Source: Thermotogota bacterium
Lineage (GTDB): Bacteria; Thermotogota; Thermotogae; Petrotogales; Kosmotogaceae
Reading direction: 5' to 3'
Assembly: GCA_034660555.1 (NCBI GenBank)
Contig: JAYEJL010000012.1
Span: 1 to 25,436, forward strand
Length of the DNA stretch: 25,436 nt
Position numbers and translations under genes: made by a program. This document shows, one piece after another, positions 8,528 to 18,474 of this stretch. The notes beneath the pieces are model-generated. The model did not search any database. It worked only from the letters and a program-made list of their open reading frames with translations, and was not told the origin of the DNA. The stretch's first letter is position 1; each line of letters begins with the position of its first letter.

Positions 8528-9946
8528 TCACTGTTTTTGAATTTCAGCAATCCTTGTAAAAGAATCGATATTATGTGTGTAGAGATCCCTATATATTTTA
8601 AAGAGTTCAAGGTATTTTTTATGCTTAGAATTATCTGGAGTATAAACTTTACTGATTTTTACCAGTTTACTGCTCATTTCAATAATGTCTTTATTTTTTA
8701 AGGCAGAAATGGCAAATATTGCTGCTCCAAGAAGTTCTGATTCATAAACATGAGGTAACTCGATTTTCTTATTCAGAACATCAGATTTAATCTGATTTAA
8801 AATGTCGTTTGTTGCCTGACCACCAGTTGTTCTAATTTTTGAAATTTCGCAACCAGAGGCTTCCATTCTGTTCACTATGTCTGCAATAGAGAAGGCAATA
8901 CCTTCCAATATGGAGAGAAGCATATGTTTTTTTTCTACATCAAGTGTTAACCCGAAGAAAACACCTCGAGCATCGGGGTTCCAATGTGGACTTCTTTCAC
9001 CGCTGAGGTAAGGTAGAAAAATTATATTTGACGGTCGATTCGTTTGTGATAGGCTAGTTTTAATTTTTTCAACATCACAGTTTGCCACATTTGAGCAAAA
9101 CCAGTCTATGGCTTTTCCTGAAGTTTTCATAATACCACTCAATTTCCAGTGACCCTTTACGAAATAAGGAGTGGTCATCACGCCATTTGCTTCAATCCTC
9201 CTTGACGAACAAAGAGTAACACCCTGAGATGTTCCGCCGCGGTCACACAGATAACCTGCTTTAACTGTTCCTGTACCAACCAGTGCAGCAGCGAAGTCTG
9301 GTGCTCCAGAAACGACAATTGTTTCTTCAGGTAAATCAAGTTGTTTTGCCACTGACTTTGTTATATTACCTACTATATTTCCTGTTGGTGCCAGTTCAGG
9401 AATGATAAATTTTTCAGAAAGATTGAAGCTTTCTAGATCATCATTGTTCCAGGGAATGTAACCTTCACAGTCAAAGGTCATATTAACGATTTTTCCACTA
9501 AGTTGATAACATATGTAGTCAGCTGGTTGTAGAAGATAATGAGGTTCTTCAATTCTTTTATCCAGCCAAATTAGCTTGGCTATTACAGCGGCAAGCTGGG
9601 GGTCCTTCTTTTCTTCGGTGATTTTGGAAATTTCTGAGATGTGCATGTTATCTAGCCATGTAATTGCTTTCTGACTGAAATTACCCTTTGTGCTCATAGG
9701 TATTATTGTGGGTCCCTGACCGGAAATACTTAAGGCCTGTATATTATGTTTTTTTTCCACCGGTATTTTCGCAATGGTTTTGATCAAAGAATTCCACCAG
9801 ATAGAAGGATCAATCATTTCACTACTGTTATGTCCTGTATTAACACATTTCTCCCTGTGTACTAAAATCTGGTTACCCTCTATATCGAAAAGAGCAATCT
9901 TTACATTTGTTGTTCCAATATCGATGGCTAAGACGTAATTAGACAA
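8528..9946 (-). CDS. FGGY-family carbohydrate kinase (xylulokinase-like)
   Basis: AIDIGTTNVK, SISGQG, FLPYLSGERSPHWNPDARGVFFGL, LEGIAF and TGGQA motifs. TTG 9946 chosen (GGGAG 9 nt upstream, overlaps the rpiR stop); the ORF-track start 10030 is over-extended. Confidence 0.9.
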   Translation of the reverse strand: MSNYVLAIDIGTTNVKIALFDIEGNQILVHREKCVNTGHNSSEMIDPSIWWNSLIKTIAKIPVEKKHNIQALSISGQGPTIIPMSTKGNFSQKAITWLDNMHISEISKITEEKKDPQLAAVIAKLIWLDKRIEEPHYLLQPADYICYQLSGKIVNMTFDCEGYIPWNNDDLESFNLSEKFIIPELAPTGNIVGNITKSVAKQLDLPEETIVVSGAPDFAAALVGTGTVKAGYLCDRGGTSQGVTLCSSRRIEANGVMTTPYFVKGHWKLSGIMKTSGKAIDWFCSNVANCDVEKIKTSLSQTNRPSNIIFLPYLSGERSPHWNPDARGVFFGLTLDVEKKHMLLSILEGIAFSIADIVNRMEASGCEISKIRTTGGQATNDILNQIKSDVLNKKIELPHVYESELLGAAIFAISALKNKDIIEMSSKLVKISKVYTPDNSKHKKYLELFKIYRDLYTHNIDSFTRIAEIQKQ

Positions 9947-10793
9947 CTCCTTTGTCTCCCTTCCGTTTGTAGTTGATAAGATCTTCAAATTTAATGTAGG
10001 TATCAAGAAAGCTTTCTTTACCCAGCTCAAGTAGTTTTAAAAATAAGCTATCAACCACCAGAAGTTGGATATAACGGGTTAATATTCCACCTTCCGGTAT
10101 TACTTTTGTTTTTAAGTAAGTAGGGATCTGAATATCTCCCTTTCTCAGTATTTTTGAATTTGGAGGAGCTACGCTAATTATTTTTGAACCTGCATTTGAA
10201 GCATAGTTCATTGAGTCCAGTAAATCACTTGAAGAATGACTACTGGAGATTGCAATCGCACAACTTTCTTTGGTCATTTGTGCAGCTGAAACACTTTGCA
10301 TAAATGCGTTTTCAAAGTAGTTGGCTTGAAATCCCAGAAATTTAACTTTCATGAAAAGATCTCTTCCTGCTATGGAATCGAATCCGAAAGCCATTATATC
10401 GATAATTTTGCTACGCAGAATCAGTTTACATGCTTTATTAATACTTTCTGATGGAATCAAAGGCAAAGTGTGATTTAGATTTTCAGATATGTATTGAACT
10501 AAATTTCGAGATGTGTTCGAAACCTTGTCAAAATCGAGTCTCATTGATTCAATTAATTCTAATTCTTGAGCAATATTTATTTTTAAACTGCGAAATCCAT
10601 TGAAACCAAGTTTTTTACAGAAATCTACTATGGTTGAAGGAGCTGTATTTGTTTCATTCGCCAGTTCCTTGATAGTTAGATTTATCACGAGTCTTGGAAA
10701 TTCTGAAATATATTTTGCAACCCTGTGCTGTGCAGGTTTTAGATATGGCAACTCGTCTTTTAAACTTTGGAAGAAGCTGTTCTTATCGCTCAT
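9939..10793 (-). CDS. RpiR/MurR-family transcriptional regulator (HTH + SIS)
   Basis: N-terminal TIKELA...STIVDFCKKLGFNGF HTH; SIS domain AISSS. Confidence 0.9.
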   Translation of the reverse strand: MSDKNSFFQSLKDELPYLKPAQHRVAKYISEFPRLVINLTIKELANETNTAPSTIVDFCKKLGFNGFRSLKINIAQELELIESMRLDFDKVSNTSRNLVQYISENLNHTLPLIPSESINKACKLILRSKIIDIMAFGFDSIAGRDLFMKVKFLGFQANYFENAFMQSVSAAQMTKESCAIAISSSHSSSDLLDSMNYASNAGSKIISVAPPNSKILRKGDIQIPTYLKTKVIPEGGILTRYIQLLVVDSLFLKLLELGKESFLDTYIKFEDLINYKRKGDKGVV

Positions 10794-11673
10794 AGCTTTT
10801 GTTCCTCCGTACTGAATATATAATCATTGCAACCAGCGTGATTACAAAGGGAAGTGTTAAAAGCAATTTTGGAGACAGTGCCGTTAATGCCTGTAATGTA
10901 TTTGAAAAAGCTGATGCGGCGCCAAAAACAAATGAAGATATGAACAGGCCAATTGGATTACCCTGACTTAATACGACGGCAACCAGTGCTATCCAACCAC
11001 GACCGTTCGTCATACCACCAACAAAGGTTTGTAATGGTAATGACAGGGCAGCGCCGCCCAATCCCGCGAACAATCCACTGACCAGGAAAGCTATCATTCT
11101 ATGTCTGAAAATTGAAATTCCTACACTGTGAGCGGTCTTTTCATTTTTTCCAACAGCTCTGAGATGGTAACCATAGGGTGTTCTGAATATTAAATAAAAG
11201 CTTACGATTAACAATATTATAGAAAGATAGGTTAGAGCGTTATAACCACTGAAAATTCTTCCAAAAAACGGAATTTTATCGATAATAGGAATTTCAATAA
11301 CACTTAATTTTGGAGCATCCTGAAAGAATACTGTTCCCTTTGAGCCACAAAGATTGTCTGAAAGAAACACAGTTATTCCAGCAGCGAAGAGATTGGTAGC
11401 GAGTCCAGCAACAAATACATTGGCCCTTAATTTCAAACTCAGGTAACCCATAACAAAACCCAGGAATACAGATATTCCTATACCAGCTAAAATTCCAAGT
11501 AAAATGTTTTGGGTAATGCTGGTAACATAAACCGATATAAATGCTGAAATCAACATCATTCCCTCAAGACCGATATTCAACATACCTGAGAGGTCTGTGT
11601 ACAAACCTCCAATTGCCGCAAGTAATATGGGGGTCATCATGGTAATTGTCGTATGTATGAAATCTTCAATCAT
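10783..11673 (-). CDS. ABC transporter permease (nucleoside/sugar type) 2
   Basis: SGMLNIGLEGMML, LRAVG, GMTNGRGWIALVAV motifs. Confidence 0.92.
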   Translation of the reverse strand: MIEDFIHTTITMMTPILLAAIGGLYTDLSGMLNIGLEGMMLISAFISVYVTSITQNILLGILAGIGISVFLGFVMGYLSLKLRANVFVAGLATNLFAAGITVFLSDNLCGSKGTVFFQDAPKLSVIEIPIIDKIPFFGRIFSGYNALTYLSIILLIVSFYLIFRTPYGYHLRAVGKNEKTAHSVGISIFRHRMIAFLVSGLFAGLGGAALSLPLQTFVGGMTNGRGWIALVAVVLSQGNPIGLFISSFVFGAASAFSNTLQALTALSPKLLLTLPFVITLVAMIIYSVRRNKSYER

Positions 11674-12703
11674 CTGTTTTCACCTTCTTGCGACTTTTTA
11701 TAAAAGCTAGTAATCCTTCAGCTGTAACCAGGTAAAATACAACCGATTGTATTATTCTTGCGACTTCCGGTGTTATGTCAGACAAAAGTGAACCTACATT
11801 TGCACCACTTTCTAAGAAAGCAAAGAATAAAGCCGCAGGTATTACAAGAATTGGATTGCTTCTAGCGATCAATGCCACAGCTATACCATTCCAGCCATAA
11901 CCAGCTGAAAAACCTCTTATAACCCTTCCATGGATTCCAAAGACATCTATCATTCCTGCCAATCCTGCAAGAATTCCACTTATCATCATTGAAATGACCA
12001 TAATTTTTCCTATAGAGATACCCGCATACTTCGAAAAATGTTTGTTTCTACCTGTGATGTAAATCTCAAAACCAAGATTGCTCTTTTTGCAAACGAAGTA
12101 CATGAAAATGACAATGCCTACAGCTATAAAAATTCCTGTATGCAGCTGTGACGGAGGAAGGATTTTTGATAACATAAGGTCATTAGAAAAATACGGTGAG
12201 GCAGAGAACCCAGCCATTGGATCCTTAAAGGGTCCTTCTACAAAAAAATCTGTAACATAAATTATGGTATAGCTGACCAGTAAAGAAGATATCAGCTCAT
12301 TAACATTCCATTTAGCTTTTAAGTATCCTGAAAGGGCGGCCAGCAATCCTCCTGCTAATGATGACACTGCCAGAACAATAATTATCAGGAGAAATGCGGG
12401 AAGAGATGAAAGATTAACTGCAAGATAGGTTCCTACAAGTGCTGAAAAATATACCTGCCCTTCAAGACCCAGATTGAAGTTAGATGCAGAGAAGGCTACG
12501 CTTGCTGCAAGCCCGGTTAAAATTAGTGGTATCGATGAAGCAAGCATATTTCCAAAAAAGTATGAATTGCTAAATGGACCTCTAAAAAAGGCATCGATCG
12601 CGGTTAATGGTTCTGAGCTGGTTAACACTATGGTTATAATTCCAATAACCAGTGAAATGGTTATTGTTATAAGGGTTTTGATCAAATTGAGTCCTCTATT
12701 CAT
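11666..12703 (-). CDS. ABC transporter permease (nucleoside/sugar type) 1
   Basis: FNLGLEGQ, NELISSLL, GYGWNGIAVALIARSNP motifs. Confidence 0.92.
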   Translation of the reverse strand: MNRGLNLIKTLITITISLVIGIITIVLTSSEPLTAIDAFFRGPFSNSYFFGNMLASSIPLILTGLAASVAFSASNFNLGLEGQVYFSALVGTYLAVNLSSLPAFLLIIIVLAVSSLAGGLLAALSGYLKAKWNVNELISSLLVSYTIIYVTDFFVEGPFKDPMAGFSASPYFSNDLMLSKILPPSQLHTGIFIAVGIVIFMYFVCKKSNLGFEIYITGRNKHFSKYAGISIGKIMVISMMISGILAGLAGMIDVFGIHGRVIRGFSAGYGWNGIAVALIARSNPILVIPAALFFAFLESGANVGSLLSDITPEVARIIQSVVFYLVTAEGLLAFIKSRKKVKTDD

Positions 12704-14252
12704 ATTTACATACCTTTTTCTCGTTTGAGCGCAACCCCATCATGTATTCCCCTATTTCTGCTCGGGTTAGTTTACTGGAGTTCTCCAGTGAAGCTACAAT
12801 TTTTCCACCATACATTACCAGAATCCTATCTGAAAGATTAAGTATTTCATCGAGGTTTCCCGAAATCAAAAGAATTCCCTTATTTTTCTCCTTCATTTTG
12901 ATGAGAGAAGAATAAACAAATTCTATTGATCTTACATCCAGTCCCCAGGTCGGTTCACAAACTATAAGAAGCTGCGGATCACTGGAAAACTCTCGCGAAA
13001 TAATTACCTTTTGAATATTTCCACCTGAGAGCATACCTACTTTAATGTTTAGCGAGGGTGTTTTGATACGGGACTTTTCTACCAGACTTTTAACAAAAGA
13101 AAGCGTATTTCCGTAATTGAGCCAGCCTTTATTTGAGAAATCTTTCTTGTAATATCTTGTGGCTATTAAATTTTCTAAAACCGATGAAGAGGTTGATACA
13201 CCAACTTTCATTCTATCTTCGGGTATATATGATAAACCCGCTTCTCTTCTTTGTCTTACAGTTAGATGCGTAATTTCTTCGTTGCAAAGAATAATCTTTC
13301 CCTTTCTTGGTTTAACCAACCCCATCAAAGACTCTGTAAGGTAAAGCTGTCCGTTTCCAGCTACTCCAGCAATACCCACTATTTCTCCTTTTCCAACGGT
13401 AATATTGGCATCACTAACTCTTTCAGCATTTTCTTGGTCGTTCACATAAAGACTTTTCACTTCAAGAAGGGTTTCAGGTTTTTCTTTTTTATCGTTAAAA
13501 TTGGTTTTCCTGTAAATATTTATTTCTTCGCCTACCATCAGATAGGAAATTCTTTCCTTTGTATAACTTCTTATATTACCACTTTCAACTGTTATCCCAT
13601 TTCTCAAAATGGTTATGTCATCAGAGATTTCTTTAACTTCACCCAGTTTATGGCTGATAAAAATTATCGTTTTCCCCTGATTCTTGAGTGTTCTTATAGT
13701 ACTAAAAAGTTCTTCCGTTTCCTGTTCTGTAAGAACGGATGTTGGTTCGTCAAGGATAATTATTTTGGCACCTCTATACAAAACTCTCAATATTTCAACT
13801 TTTTGTTTTTCGCCTATAGAAAGATTTTTGACTTTCATTTCTGGAGTTACAATCAAACCACTCTCATTGGACAGTCGGCAAATTTTCTCTTCTACTGTTT
13901 CTTGGTCAATAAATCCCGCCTTTGTTTTTTCAATGCCAAGTGCGATGTTCTCGGCTATGGTGAAATCTTCTATAAGCCTGAAATGCTGGTGAACCATCCC
14001 CAATCCGTGTTTAAAACCCTGGCGCGGATCGGTAATGCTTAGTTTTTTACCATCAAGAACGATTTCACCGTCATTTTTAGGTTCTATACCACAAAGAATT
14101 TTCATCATGGTTGTTTTTCCAGCACCGTTTTCTCCAACAAGGGCGTGAATTCTGGATTTTTTTACAAGTAAATTTGCCCCCTTTAGTGCTGCCACGTTAT
14201 TTGATTCGTATATTTTGTGAATGTTTTTCATTTGAAGTATATATTCTTCCAT
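12696..14252 (-). CDS. ABC transporter ATP-binding protein with two fused NBDs (CUT2/nucleoside type)
   Basis: Walker A GENGAGKT, LSIGEKQ, ILDEPT and second-half LSGGNIQK; GGAGG RBS. Confidence 0.95.
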   Translation of the reverse strand: MEEYILQMKNIHKIYESNNVAALKGANLLVKKSRIHALVGENGAGKTTMMKILCGIEPKNDGEIVLDGKKLSITDPRQGFKHGLGMVHQHFRLIEDFTIAENIALGIEKTKAGFIDQETVEEKICRLSNESGLIVTPEMKVKNLSIGEKQKVEILRVLYRGAKIIILDEPTSVLTEQETEELFSTIRTLKNQGKTIIFISHKLGEVKEISDDITILRNGITVESGNIRSYTKERISYLMVGEEINIYRKTNFNDKKEKPETLLEVKSLYVNDQENAERVSDANITVGKGEIVGIAGVAGNGQLYLTESLMGLVKPRKGKIILCNEEITHLTVRQRREAGLSYIPEDRMKVGVSTSSSVLENLIATRYYKKDFSNKGWLNYGNTLSFVKSLVEKSRIKTPSLNIKVGMLSGGNIQKVIISREFSSDPQLLIVCEPTWGLDVRSIEFVYSSLIKMKEKNKGILLISGNLDEILNLSDRILVMYGGKIVASLENSSKLTRAEIGEYMMGLRSNEKKVCKYE

Positions 14253-14281
14253 GAGTTATCCTCCAGAAAATGGTGGAAGAA

Positions 14282-14305
14282 GGACCCCCGATTATTCGGG
14301 AGTCC
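14282..14305 (-). promoter_or_regulatory. Intercistronic stem-loop after the binding-protein gene (mRNA stabiliser or partial terminator)
   Basis: Minus strand GGACUCCCGA-AUAA-UCGGGGGUCC: 10-bp stem with one G-U pair and no long U tract. Confidence 0.6.
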
Positions 14306-14315
14306 ATGTTCTTAA

Positions 14316-15305
14316 CTATTTTAGAATATCGATTTCTCCACAATATAATTTAGCGAAAAGCAATCTCATTTTTTCTTTGATCTCAGCGGGTACGTTTTCG
14401 AAGTAATTGGGATCTTCGAATGTAAAATCGATAACGCCTTCTTTAATACCCCAGCGTTCATATGTACCGTAATCGAGTTCTCCCTTGTAATCCCTTATAA
14501 GAATATTTTTGATTGCTTTGTCTGCGTACTTCAGGGTGCAGGCAAGTATTGTGTCAGGATTAAAATGTATGATATTTGAATCAACACCGATTATGTATTT
14601 GTTCATCTCTGCTGCTTTGTTTATTGCACCAACACCAGTTCCGCCTGCAATTATGTGGAGAATATCTACACCCTGTTCAAATTGTGCCTGAGCGAGCTCC
14701 TGACCTTTGTTTGGATCTGACCATGTTCCTGCTGCTGAGAACACTAGTTCAATTTCGGGATTTACTGCTTTAGCTCCCGCAATATATGCAGGGCGCATTC
14801 TGTCAGTCATAGCAGGGTAAATATCTCCAGCAAGCAAACCGACTTTAAGTTCAGGATTGGCTCTTTCCAGATTACTTTGCGTTATCATTCCTGCAAAATA
14901 TCCTGCAAGATAAGCCATTTCTTCGTCCTTGAAACCAAGAGAAAATACATTGGGAATTGATTCTGTTACCAGTCCATCTACAAGAGCAAGATTCTGATTT
15001 GGGAACATTCTTGCTACCTTTGCCACGCTATTGGGCATTCCTTCAGTAAATGTAATTATAAGATCGTATTTTCCGGTTGAAGCAAGACTGATAAGATTGG
15101 GTTCCCATTTTGCAGCATTATAACCGCCTTCAACTACTTTGAGATCAAATCCCATTTCCTGGGCAGCTTCTTCAGCACCTGCCACCATCATCTCATAAAT
15201 AGGATTTCCGCCAACTTCTCCAGTTATCATTAATGCCGCTGTGTAAGAAAAACCAACAGTAATCACAAGAGCAAGACTTAACATTACCAATAGTACTTTA
15301 CGCAC
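14316..15305 (-). CDS. BMP-family ABC substrate-binding protein
   Basis: AYLAGYFAG, GAKAVNPEI, W.DP.KG.ELA, AGGTGVG and IIGVDSN motifs; signal peptide without a lipobox Cys; GTG start after AAGGGGG. Confidence 0.9.
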   Translation of the reverse strand: MRKVLLVMLSLALVITVGFSYTAALMITGEVGGNPIYEMMVAGAEEAAQEMGFDLKVVEGGYNAAKWEPNLISLASTGKYDLIITFTEGMPNSVAKVARMFPNQNLALVDGLVTESIPNVFSLGFKDEEMAYLAGYFAGMITQSNLERANPELKVGLLAGDIYPAMTDRMRPAYIAGAKAVNPEIELVFSAAGTWSDPNKGQELAQAQFEQGVDILHIIAGGTGVGAINKAAEMNKYIIGVDSNIIHFNPDTILACTLKYADKAIKNILIRDYKGELDYGTYERWGIKEGVIDFTFEDPNYFENVPAEIKEKMRLLFAKLYCGEIDILK

Positions 15306-15331
15306 AATAATACCCCCTTTGGTATTTATGC

Positions 15332-16120
15332 TTATTTTAAAAGTTCAAGTGCCTGTTTTACATCATAATTCTCATGTATTAAAGCACTTAAAGCTGCAGT
15401 CATTTTTCCTGGCTCAGGATAACCCCAAATATTTCGTCCAATTGCGACACCCGATGCACCACAGTCAAGAGCATCTTTTACCATGGATAACAATTGTTCG
15501 GTATCCCCAGATTTGTTTCCTCCAAGTACCACAATTGGTTTATAAACGCCTTTTACTGTTTCTTTAAATTTATCTATATTCTTTGGATACTCTGTTTTTA
15601 TCATATCTGCACCCAGTTCGACGCCTATTCTTGCAGCTAGAGCTATATTCTCAGGAGAATGCAGTTCTTTATTAAAGCCTCCAGGAAGCATTTCTGCAAG
15701 AACTGGAACATTCCATTTATGGGCATTTGCACAAATTTGAGAAAGATAATTCAGAGTATTACTCTCGTCATCTGTACCAGGTAAGCCCATACAACCCACA
15801 GCATCAGCACCAATTCTTAATGCATCTTCTATAGAAAAGAGTTGACTGTATTGTTTTGAACCGGCACGCAGTAACGAAACGCCTCCATCTATTCTTAATA
15901 TAATACCGGTTCCTTTCAATGTATTCCAAAAATTCTTGACTATTCCAAAAGTGGTAAGAAAAGCATCTGCTCCATTTGCTACAATTTCTTCAAGTACTTT
16001 CTTCGTTTCCAGTAAATCTGGAAACACATTCATCGCACTACCATGATCCATTGCAACGATAAGACTCTTTTTGTCATCCCTAAAGATGTTGTACATTCTT
16101 TTCATTGAAAAAACATCCAT
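15332..16120 (-). CDS. DhnA/FbaB/LsrF-family class I aldolase
   Basis: AMDHG, ELGADMIKT (Schiff-base Lys), VVLGG and GRNIW motifs; ATG 16120 is 8 nt after GGAG (alternative GTG 16129). Confidence 0.88.
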   Translation of the reverse strand: MDVFSMKRMYNIFRDDKKSLIVAMDHGSAMNVFPDLLETKKVLEEIVANGADAFLTTFGIVKNFWNTLKGTGIILRIDGGVSLLRAGSKQYSQLFSIEDALRIGADAVGCMGLPGTDDESNTLNYLSQICANAHKWNVPVLAEMLPGGFNKELHSPENIALAARIGVELGADMIKTEYPKNIDKFKETVKGVYKPIVVLGGNKSGDTEQLLSMVKDALDCGASGVAIGRNIWGYPEPGKMTAALSALIHENYDVKQALELLK

Positions 16121-16140
16121 TAAAATCACTCCCCGGTCAA

Positions 16141-17178
16141 TTAGAATTTTTCTTGTGGCAACACAACGGTTCTTTGTTCATTTCCTTCAGGCTTCTTTTT
16201 AAGCTCTTCGTTAAGTTCGTTGAGTTTAATAGTTTTTGTAACAAGAGAGGAGATATCAATTATTGATTTTGAAATCATCATGGTTGCTTCTCTAAAGTCC
16301 TCCATGGTTCTACCTTCAGTTCCAGTTATTTTTACCTCAGAGTAATGTAGCTTATTGATATCAAAAGACATCTCATTGCTGGGATGAAGGGATGTATAGA
16401 TAACAACTGTTCCCATTTTTCTAACGTAATTCAAAGAATCATTAATGGCACTCGCAACGGGTGCTGTTATGAAAACTGCGTCGAAACCAAGTCCTCTATT
16501 TATTTTTTTAGACGTTTCTTCACACTGATTGGGTTCTATAGTTTTTATTCCCAGTGAAGAAACGAAATCTCGGCGTTCACTATTTGGTTCACTGATAATG
16601 GGAAGAGTGCCAAAAGCACTGGCTACCAGCGCATGCAAAACTCCCATTGTTCCTCCGCCAAGTATCAAGACTGTATCTCCCGGTGTGAGAGAAGCTTTTT
16701 TTACACTGTGAATGCAACATGACAGCGGCTCTGAAAGAGAAAGTGTTTCATAATTTGTGTTCCCGTTGACAACAAACACCTGTTTTCTCTTAACTATTAT
16801 GAATTCAGAAAACCCTCCAGCAATAAGGAAGGTGTCTTCAATTTTTCTGCCCTTTCTTGAATTAATACATAGGTTATCCATTCCTCGCACACAGTAGAAG
16901 CAGTGACCACATCTATTTATTGTGTCTAAAGCGGTATGATCTCCGATATTGATGTCATCAACGTCTTCACCAGTTTTTACAACTTCTCCTGAAACTTCAT
17001 GTCCACCGATTACAGGCAAAGGAACATTGAGTTTGCCACCAAAAATTCTTCTGTCTGTAGTGCATACACCACAGGCTTTTACTTTTACGAGTAGTTCATT
17101 GGGTTTTAATTCAGGAATTTCATAGGTTCTAATACTCCCTTTTCCTGGTTCATTAATTACAAATGCTCTAGTTTTCAC
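16141..17178 (-). CDS. Zn-dependent MDR dehydrogenase (polyol/sorbitol dehydrogenase-like)
   Basis: CGVCTTD, GHE, CGHCFYC...C structural Zn site, EPLSC and GGGTMG; GAGGTGA RBS with GTG start. Confidence 0.9.
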   Translation of the reverse strand: MKTRAFVINEPGKGSIRTYEIPELKPNELLVKVKACGVCTTDRRIFGGKLNVPLPVIGGHEVSGEVVKTGEDVDDINIGDHTALDTINRCGHCFYCVRGMDNLCINSRKGRKIEDTFLIAGGFSEFIIVKRKQVFVVNGNTNYETLSLSEPLSCCIHSVKKASLTPGDTVLILGGGTMGVLHALVASAFGTLPIISEPNSERRDFVSSLGIKTIEPNQCEETSKKINRGLGFDAVFITAPVASAINDSLNYVRKMGTVVIYTSLHPSNEMSFDINKLHYSEVKITGTEGRTMEDFREATMMISKSIIDISSLVTKTIKLNELNEELKKKPEGNEQRTVVLPQEKF

Positions 17179-17341
17179 TTTATCACCTCGTATTTATTTC
17201 GATAGTTACCGAATTTAATTCAATAATGCCATTAAAATCCTTATTAGACCAAAGAGCAGGAGCGTTAATTAAAATTGATTAGGAACTGTGAAACCCAATT
17301 AGAAGATTCAGAGGCTTCTAGATGAAGAATTATGAATAGTT

Positions 17342-18340
17342 TTATTTATATATAATCAAAATTAGTACAGCCAGGATCACCAGTAGTGCTGTCCATAACA
17401 ACGCGGCATTCCTGAACCCTTTTCTTGCTGTAACTTCTTTCCACCAAACCCTTGGTCTGATCCCAAATAATCTGAATGTAAGAACGCTTGCCAGATTAAT
17501 ACAAGTAACGTTGACTGCGAACAAAAGAAGCGCTCCTGCGCAAAGAGCAAAATTGCCATTTCCCAGTAGTATTCCAAATATAACCAGTGGTGGTAACAAT
17601 GCCACAGATACCATTACACCTATAAGTGAAGTTAATCTAGCTGAGGTAAAAACTAACGCCCCCGCGAGCCCAGAAGCAAGTGCAAGTACAATATCTGAAA
17701 AGTTCACAAAGGTTCTTGAAGAAATTTCATGAACTGTTGCATCTATTTCAAAAAAATAACCAATAAAGATTGAAAAAATAAGAGCCGCGGATAAACGATA
17801 AAGCATTTGTCGTAATGCTTTGAATGATAGTTTTGTATCACCAAGGACCGTTCCCAGGGAAAGGCCAACATTCGGACCAAGTATGGGTGCTATGACCATG
17901 GCACCAACAACTATTGCAACATTGTTTCTAATTAAACCTATTGCTCCCACTATCGAGGCAATGATAGTAAAAGCCATTTCGGTGAAAGTTGTTCCTATTG
18001 CATCAGAAACGTCAGTATATATTTCGTCGATACTTACACCAAGCATTTTAAATCGTTCTTCTTTTTCCTGTTGTTCTTCCTGTTCTGGTTGTTCTATCCG
18101 CGGTAATGAAGCTTCTAGAGGAACAACCAGTAAACGAAAATGTTCTGAAGAGCTAAATTTTTTGTCAAGTTTCTCAATTAGATCACCGCTTAAAGAAGAG
18201 TCAATGATCAATTTGATGGCTGAAAAGCCTTCATCCGTAGGATAATACCAGGAATGGTCCTTTTCATAATCTTTTACTATTCCTTCGATTTCTTCCTTCT
18301 GTTCATCTGCAAAATGAATTTCCATTAGTCTTAGTGCCAC
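17342..18340 (-). CDS. TIGR00341/DUF389-family membrane protein
   Basis: VGAMVIAPILGP, ALASGLAG, GVMVSVALLPP and LLFAVN..CINLA motifs. Confidence 0.88.
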   Translation of the reverse strand: MALRLMEIHFADEQKEEIEGIVKDYEKDHSWYYPTDEGFSAIKLIIDSSLSGDLIEKLDKKFSSSEHFRLLVVPLEASLPRIEQPEQEEQQEKEERFKMLGVSIDEIYTDVSDAIGTTFTEMAFTIIASIVGAIGLIRNNVAIVVGAMVIAPILGPNVGLSLGTVLGDTKLSFKALRQMLYRLSAALIFSIFIGYFFEIDATVHEISSRTFVNFSDIVLALASGLAGALVFTSARLTSLIGVMVSVALLPPLVIFGILLGNGNFALCAGALLLFAVNVTCINLASVLTFRLFGIRPRVWWKEVTARKGFRNAALLWTALLVILAVLILIIYK

Positions 18341-18474
18341 AATATCGCCTTCTTTGCAGAAAAATGAGTAATGTTAAATATAGAATAGCATAAGATATAT
18401 TATTAATAGCTATTATTGAATACAAAATGAATTACATTGTAACCATCGAGTCCGTTGTTTGGGAGCCATATTTC

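Noticed and set aside
13159..14042. Long + strand ORFs (258 aa, 102 aa, 61 aa) and similar shadow ORFs elsewhere
   Set aside because: They lie antisense to well-supported genes and have no motifs of their own.
18399..18415. 10-nt match (ATTATTAATA) to the reverse complement of the CRISPR spacer, and the palindrome TAATAGCTATTA
   Set aside because: Too short and AT-only to exceed chance in this genome; no evidence for self-targeting or an operator.
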